Source: an uncultured Actinomycetes bacterium
GTDB lineage: Bacteria; Actinomycetota; UBA4738; HRBIN12
Assembly (NCBI GenBank): GCA_963821925.1
Contig: CAWGFO010000001.1
Coordinates: 449,707 to 513,706 of the forward strand
Length of the DNA stretch: 64,000 nucleotides
Direction of reading: 5' to 3'
Made by a program: the position numbers and the translations under genes. Below are positions 59,722 through 64,000 of the stretch, piece by piece (the first letter of the stretch is position 1; each line of letters starts with the position of its first letter). The notes beneath the pieces are model-generated. The model was not told where the DNA came from and ran no database searches. It saw only the letters and a list, made by a program, of their open reading frames with translations.

Positions 59722-60322
59722 TGAGGGTTGGGTGCTTCAGGCTGCGGCGTTGGGGGTGGAGCTGGACGCCGAGGCGGAGGGGCGGCTGGTTCTGTTCGAG
59801 GAGCTGTTGGTGGAGCGTGCCGCGCCGATGGGGATGATCTCGAAGGGGGACGTGGGTCGGGTTCGGGAACGGCACATCTTGGACTGCTTACGGGCGGTGC
59901 CGTTGCTGGGAGACGACGATCGGAGCCTCTGCGACCTGGGGACGGGCGCGGGGTTGCCGGGGTTGGTGGTGGCGTGCGTTCTGCCCGATCTCGAGGTGGT
60001 GCTGACCGAGGTCCGGAGGAACCGAGCGGCGTTCCTGGCGTCGGCGATCGAGGAGTTGGAACTCCCCCGCGTGACCGTGTGGGCGCGGCGGATCGAGACG
60101 CTCAGGGAGCGGTTCGACGTGTGCACCGCCCGCGCGTTCGCGGATCCGCGGAGATCGTGGGCGGCCGCCGAGCGGCTGCTCGGGCCCTCGGGTCGGATGA
60201 TCTATTGGGCCGGCGAACGGTACGACAGGCGTGCGGACCCGCCCGAAGGGGTCGATACGACGGTTTTCGAGACCTCGGCGCTTGCAAGGGCTGGGGCACT
60301 CGTTATCATGAGCCGGCAGTGA
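59714..60322 (+). CDS. rsmG: 16S rRNA (guanine527-N7)-methyltransferase
   Basis: SAM-binding DLGTGAGLPGLVVA and GidB fold; start chosen at GTG 59714 (10 nt after GGGGG SD) rather than GTG 59705. Confidence 0.8.
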   Translation: MKHEGWVLQAAALGVELDAEAEGRLVLFEELLVERAAPMGMISKGDVGRVRERHILDCLRAVPLLGDDDRSLCDLGTGAGLPGLVVACVLPDLEVVLTEVRRNRAAFLASAIEELELPRVTVWARRIETLRERFDVCTARAFADPRRSWAAAERLLGPSGRMIYWAGERYDRRADPPEGVDTTVFETSALARAGALVIMSRQ

Positions 60323-61923
60323 CCAACGCCTCTTCCGGCACCTCAGCCTCGCGTACCTCCGGCTCCAGCAAGGGTGCCTCGTCCGCCGCATCCAAGCCCA
60401 AGCCGAGGACCACGCCGAAGGCGAAGCCCCGCCCGGTCGTCCCCGATTCGCCCGGCACGGCGCGCATCATCGCGATCGCGAACCAGAAGGGCGGCGTGGG
60501 CAAGTCGACGACGGCCGTCAGCCTGGGAGCGGCCCTGGCCGATCTAGGCTTCCGGGTCCTCGTCGTGGACCTGGATCCGCAGGGCAACGCCTCGACGGGC
60601 ATGGGGATCCGCCACGAGGCGCGCGAGATCACCGTGTATGACGTCGTGGTCGCCGAGGCGCACGTCAGTGACGCGATCGTGCCGACCCCGGTCGAGCATC
60701 TCCACGCGATCCCGTCCACGATCGACCTCGCGGGCGCCGAGATCGAGCTCGTCAGCCAGTTCTCGCGTGAGCACCGACTGAAGAAGGCCCTCGCCGAGGT
60801 CGGCGAGGGCGTGTATGACTTCATCCTCTTGGATTGCCCGCCGAGTCTCGGGCTCCTCACGGTCAACGCGCTCACCGCCGCCGAGGAGCTCATCGTCCCC
60901 ATCCAGTGCGAGTACTACGCGCTGGAAGGCCTCGGCCAGCTCCTGCGCAACGTCTCTCTCGTGCAGCAGAACATCAACCCGGGACTCCGTCTCTCCGGCA
61001 TCGTGATGACGATGTTCGATCCACGGACCAAGCTCTCGGAGCAGGTGGTCGAGGAGGTCCAGCGGTACTTCGGGGAGCTCGTGTACGACGTCATCATCCC
61101 GAGGACGGTGCGTCTGTCCGAGGCGCCGGGGTACGGACAGCCGATCACGGTGTACGACCCGAAGTCCAAGGGCGCCGAGTGTTACCGCGAGCTGGCCCGC
61201 GAGGTCGCCCTGCGTCCGCCGCCCGACGAGCCGATGCCGATCTTCGACGACCTCCCGACGGTGGTCGTTCCGGCGCTCGACGACACGGTCGTGCGCCCGC
61301 CGATGGACGAGGCCGACCTCGAGGAGGTTCCGACGGTGCACGCCGTGATGGAGGAGGCCGCCGAGGAGGAGGTCCTCGAGGTCGCCGCGACCCGAGAGGT
61401 CGAGGACGAGCTCGAGGCGGAGGTGATCCAGGACGAGGTCACCGGGGCGGTCGAAGACGCCATCGAGGCGGCGGAGCTGGACGAGGGCCCGGAACCGATG
61501 CCCGACGACGTCGAGGCGGCACAGGTCGCGGAGACCGGCCAGCTGGTCGCCGAGGAGGCGGAACCTCGCGAGCTCGAGGAGTCCCCGTCGCTCGCCGAGA
61601 CGATCGGCGACACCGTCGCGGCGACCGTGGCTGACGACGACGACGTGTGGGAGGAGGTCGACGAGTCGGCCACCACCCAGCCGCGCGTCTCGCCACCCCG
61701 TTCCCCCGCCCCACCCGGGCACCTTCCCGAACGACGGGTAGTGGTCATCGACGAGGACGCCGCGGACTACGTGACGCCCTCCGAGCCGGCGGGTCCGCCG
61801 GCATCCAGAGGCGGCGCCGAGGCCGAACCGCAACCGGCGGTGGCCGACATCGGGGCCACGCTCGAGGATGACGACGAGCCGCCGAAGCGCCGATGGCGAC
61901 TGTTCCGCAAGGGAGGCGAGTGA
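60319..61923 (+). CDS. parA: chromosome partitioning ATPase ParA/Soj with long acidic C-terminal extension
   Basis: Deviant Walker A KGGVGKST, ParA core to ~aa 300, then ~230 aa Glu/Asp/Pro/Ala-rich tail ending KRRWRLFRKGGE; GTG start overlaps rsmG stop (GTGA); continuous high-GC3 frame through the tail. Confidence 0.8.
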   Translation: MTNASSGTSASRTSGSSKGASSAASKPKPRTTPKAKPRPVVPDSPGTARIIAIANQKGGVGKSTTAVSLGAALADLGFRVLVVDLDPQGNASTGMGIRHEAREITVYDVVVAEAHVSDAIVPTPVEHLHAIPSTIDLAGAEIELVSQFSREHRLKKALAEVGEGVYDFILLDCPPSLGLLTVNALTAAEELIVPIQCEYYALEGLGQLLRNVSLVQQNINPGLRLSGIVMTMFDPRTKLSEQVVEEVQRYFGELVYDVIIPRTVRLSEAPGYGQPITVYDPKSKGAECYRELAREVALRPPPDEPMPIFDDLPTVVVPALDDTVVRPPMDEADLEEVPTVHAVMEEAAEEEVLEVAATREVEDELEAEVIQDEVTGAVEDAIEAAELDEGPEPMPDDVEAAQVAETGQLVAEEAEPRELEESPSLAETIGDTVAATVADDDDVWEEVDESATTQPRVSPPRSPAPPGHLPERRVVVIDEDAADYVTPSEPAGPPASRGGAEAEPQPAVADIGATLEDDDEPPKRRWRLFRKGGE

Positions 61924-62813
61924 TGTCGAAGCGAGGTGGACTCGGTCGAGGGTTGTCGGCGCTGATCCCGGGCGCGCCCGAGGCGGGGGAGTTCGCGAGC
62001 GGGCTGCTCGAGGTGCCGGTCAACGCGGTCGCCCCGAACCCGAAGCAGCCCAGGACCCATTTCCCCGACGAAGAGCTGGCCTCTCTGGCGGCCTCGATCC
62101 GGGAGGTCGGGATCCTCCAGCCGATCGTCGTGCGAAAGGCCGGCGATTCCGCGTACGAGCTGGTCGCGGGGGAGCGGCGCCTCAGGGCGGCCAAACAGGC
62201 GGGATTGGCGACGATCCCGGTCGTGGTGCGCGATACCGACGACGCCGACATCCTGCGCGAAGCCCTGATCGAGAACATCCATCGCGAGGATCTCGGTCCG
62301 ATCGAGCTGGCCGAGGCCTTCCGGGCGCTCCTGGAGGACCTCTCCCTCAAGCAGGAGGAGCTCGCCGACCGCGTCGGTGTGTCGCGGTCACACATCGCGA
62401 ACACGATCCGGCTGCTGCAACTCCCCCTGGACGTCCAGCAGCTGCTCACGGACTCGAAGATCCAAGCGGGGCACGCACGGGCGCTCCTCTCCCTCGGCGA
62501 CCCCGAGGCGCAGACGACCCTCGCGCTCCGCGTGGCCGCTGAGGACCTCTCGGTCCGTGAGACCGAAGAGCTGGTGCGTCGCTACCTCGAGGCTCCGAAG
62601 GAAGCCCCGAAGGCCGGCAAGGCGACGTCCAAGACCGAGAACAGCGGGATGGGCGAGGTCGAGGAGATCCTCTCGGAGCAACTCGCGACCCGCGTGCAGA
62701 TCCAGATGGGCAAGAAGCGCGGCAAGGTGATCATCGAGTTCGGCTCGCCCGACGACCTCGAGCGCATCGTCTCCGAGATCATCGGTTCGGGCCCGGGGCT
62801 CTCCCCCGAGTAA
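61923..62813 (+). CDS. parB: chromosome partitioning protein ParB
   Basis: ParB box GERRLRAA, HTH (LADRVGVSRSHIANTIRLL), N-terminal GLGRGLSALI; ATG after AAGGGAGG SD. Confidence 0.9.
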   Translation: MSKRGGLGRGLSALIPGAPEAGEFASGLLEVPVNAVAPNPKQPRTHFPDEELASLAASIREVGILQPIVVRKAGDSAYELVAGERRLRAAKQAGLATIPVVVRDTDDADILREALIENIHREDLGPIELAEAFRALLEDLSLKQEELADRVGVSRSHIANTIRLLQLPLDVQQLLTDSKIQAGHARALLSLGDPEAQTTLALRVAAEDLSVRETEELVRRYLEAPKEAPKAGKATSKTENSGMGEVEEILSEQLATRVQIQMGKKRGKVIIEFGSPDDLERIVSEIIGSGPGLSPE

Positions 62814-62823
62814 CTGAGGCCGG

Positions 62824-63759
62824 CTACCGTCGGTCTGTGGCCGACCGTAGGACGCGGTCGCACAGGTCAGCGAGCGTCATCCCGGCGGCCCGGGCTCCCA
62901 TAGGCAGCAGGCTCGTCTCGGTCATGCCGGGGCTGACGTTCACCTCGAGGATCCACGGCCGGCCGTCGGCGTCCACGATCGCATCGACCCGCGTGACGTC
63001 GCGGAGTCGGAGCGACGCGGCCGCGAGGGACGCGACCCCCGCCACCGCGCCCGCGATCTCCCCGTTCAGCCGGGCGGGCGCGAAATACTCCGTGGCGCCG
63101 GCCGTGTAGCGGGCGGCGTAGTCATAGACCCCGTTCTTGGGCACGATCTCGACCGCGGGGAGCGTCTCGAGGGCCGATCCGACGAGGCCGACGGCCACCT
63201 CGGTGCCCTCGACCGAACGCTCGACGATCGCGGCCCCGCTGAAGGAAAGGGCGGCCATCACGGCCGCCGGCAGGTCGGCCGAACGCTCGACGAAGCTGAC
63301 GCCGAGCGCGGAGCCGCTCCGCGAAGGCTTGACGACACAGGGGAGGCCGACCCGCTCGACGACCTGATCGAGCGCGGCGCCGGCGCCGAGGTCGCGGAGC
63401 GCCGAGTCCTCGATCGTCACCCATGCCGGAGTGTCGACGCCCGCCCGCCGCAGCGCATCCTTCGCGAGCACCTTGTCGAAGGCCACCTCGCAGTCGAACG
63501 GCGCCGTCCCCGTGAAGGGGAGGTCGAGCAGATGCAGCAGGCGCTGGACGGTGCCGTCCTCGCCCTCCTTGCCGTGCAGCGCGAGGTAACAGAGCTCCGG
63601 CTCGCGTTCGCGCAAGGCCTCGACGAGCGCAGTCTCCGCCGGGTCCATGAGCCAGGCGTCGTGGCCGAGTTCGATGAGTGACGTCATCACACGGTGACCC
63701 GAGCGGAGGGAGACATCGCGCTCGGGCGTGCGCCCGCCGGCCAGCACCGCGACCCTCAT
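62824..63759 (-). CDS. ddl: D-alanine--D-alanine ligase
   Basis: ATP-grasp Ddl motifs (LHGKEGEDGTVQ, VVKPSRSGSALGVS, EVNVSPGMTETS); ORF-track N-terminal 75 aa rejected. Confidence 0.85.
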   Translation of the reverse strand: MRVAVLAGGRTPERDVSLRSGHRVMTSLIELGHDAWLMDPAETALVEALREREPELCYLALHGKEGEDGTVQRLLHLLDLPFTGTAPFDCEVAFDKVLAKDALRRAGVDTPAWVTIEDSALRDLGAGAALDQVVERVGLPCVVKPSRSGSALGVSFVERSADLPAAVMAALSFSGAAIVERSVEGTEVAVGLVGSALETLPAVEIVPKNGVYDYAARYTAGATEYFAPARLNGEIAGAVAGVASLAAASLRLRDVTRVDAIVDADGRPWILEVNVSPGMTETSLLPMGARAAGMTLADLCDRVLRSATDRR

Positions 63760-64000
63760 CCGCCCAGACTCCGGTAGAGTTGCTCCTCGTCGGCCAGGAG
63801 CGATCCGAGACGGGCGATGCCCTCTCGGATCCGGTCCTGCGTCGGGTAGCAGAAGGCGAGCCGCATCTGGTTCGTGCCCCGGCCGTCGGGGTAGAAGGCC
63901 GTCCCGGGCACGTAGGCGACCCGGCGCTCGACGGCCGCCGCGAGCATCGCCCGGGTGTCGACCCAGTCCGGGAGGGTCACCCACACGTAGAATCCTCCCG
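63756..64000 (-). CDS. PLP-dependent aminotransferase class I/II, C-terminal fragment (gene continues beyond window)
   Basis: C-terminal fold residues only (VPGTAFYPDGRGTNQMRLAFCYP...). Confidence 0.45.
   Translation of the reverse strand, partial: GGFYVWVTLPDWVDTRAMLAAAVERRVAYVPGTAFYPDGRGTNQMRLAFCYPTQDRIREGIARLGSLLADEEQLYRSLGG

Noticed and set aside
59705-59722. The GTTTCACGTGAAAC palindrome as a transcription terminator for jag
   Set aside because: A perfect palindrome with no loop and no downstream T-tract; exact identity to the parS consensus is the better explanation.
59728-60318. N-terminal ~200 aa of the 731-aa ORF containing parA
   Set aside because: Gly/Arg-rich out-of-frame overlap of rsmG; parA most plausibly starts at GTG 60319, coupled to the rsmG stop.

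Overview
The window is high-GC (roughly 70%+) chromosomal DNA with Actinomycetota-type gene order, and it ends in the chromosomal replication origin. At 47.9-62.8 kb lies the conserved origin-proximal cluster gyrA-gyrB-DUF721(DciA-like)-recF-dnaN-[oriC DnaA boxes]-dnaA-[DnaA boxes]-rpmH-rnpA-yidD-yidC-jag-rsmG-parA-parB. A perfect 16-bp parS site (TGTTTCACGTGAAACA) sits at the rsmG start. Upstream are housekeeping and metabolic genes: a complete histidine operon hisD-C-B-H-A-F-I-G, whose hisI has an apparent frameshift. There is also isocitrate lyase, a proline-dehydrogenase/DapA-like pair, and a sulfite reductase-(Zn-ribbon)-cysH-sirC-cobA sulfur/siroheme cluster. Divergent from a fadD gene is a pair of ABC exporters followed by a penicillin-acylase-family Ntn hydrolase. 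Further on are crgA, gdhA, an S9 peptidase, a lone molybdopterin hydroxylase large subunit and two tandem secreted PQQ-type sugar dehydrogenases. Between 36.8 and 47 kb is an accessory-looking stretch of hypothetical genes. It contains a strongly RBS-driven 42-aa ORF coupled to a Cys-rich protein, a coiled-coil membrane protein, and two paralogous M23 peptidases plus an M15 peptidase. It also carries tRNA-Ala and tRNA-Ile separated by a 5.2 kb insertion, which holds a repeat protein, a membrane-anchored periplasmic-type protein (assigned only tentatively to DUF3352), an NSAR/OSBS-like enolase and a GNAT. The most unusual features are a ParA with a ~230-aa acidic C-terminal tail, the hisI frameshift, the split ileT-alaT locus with a 15-nt duplication of the tRNA-Ala 5' end, and DnaA-box-like motifs far from oriC. 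I found no CRISPR array, integrase, transposase or recognisable defence system. Gene starts are approximate (±a few codons) where GTG/TTG starts are involved.
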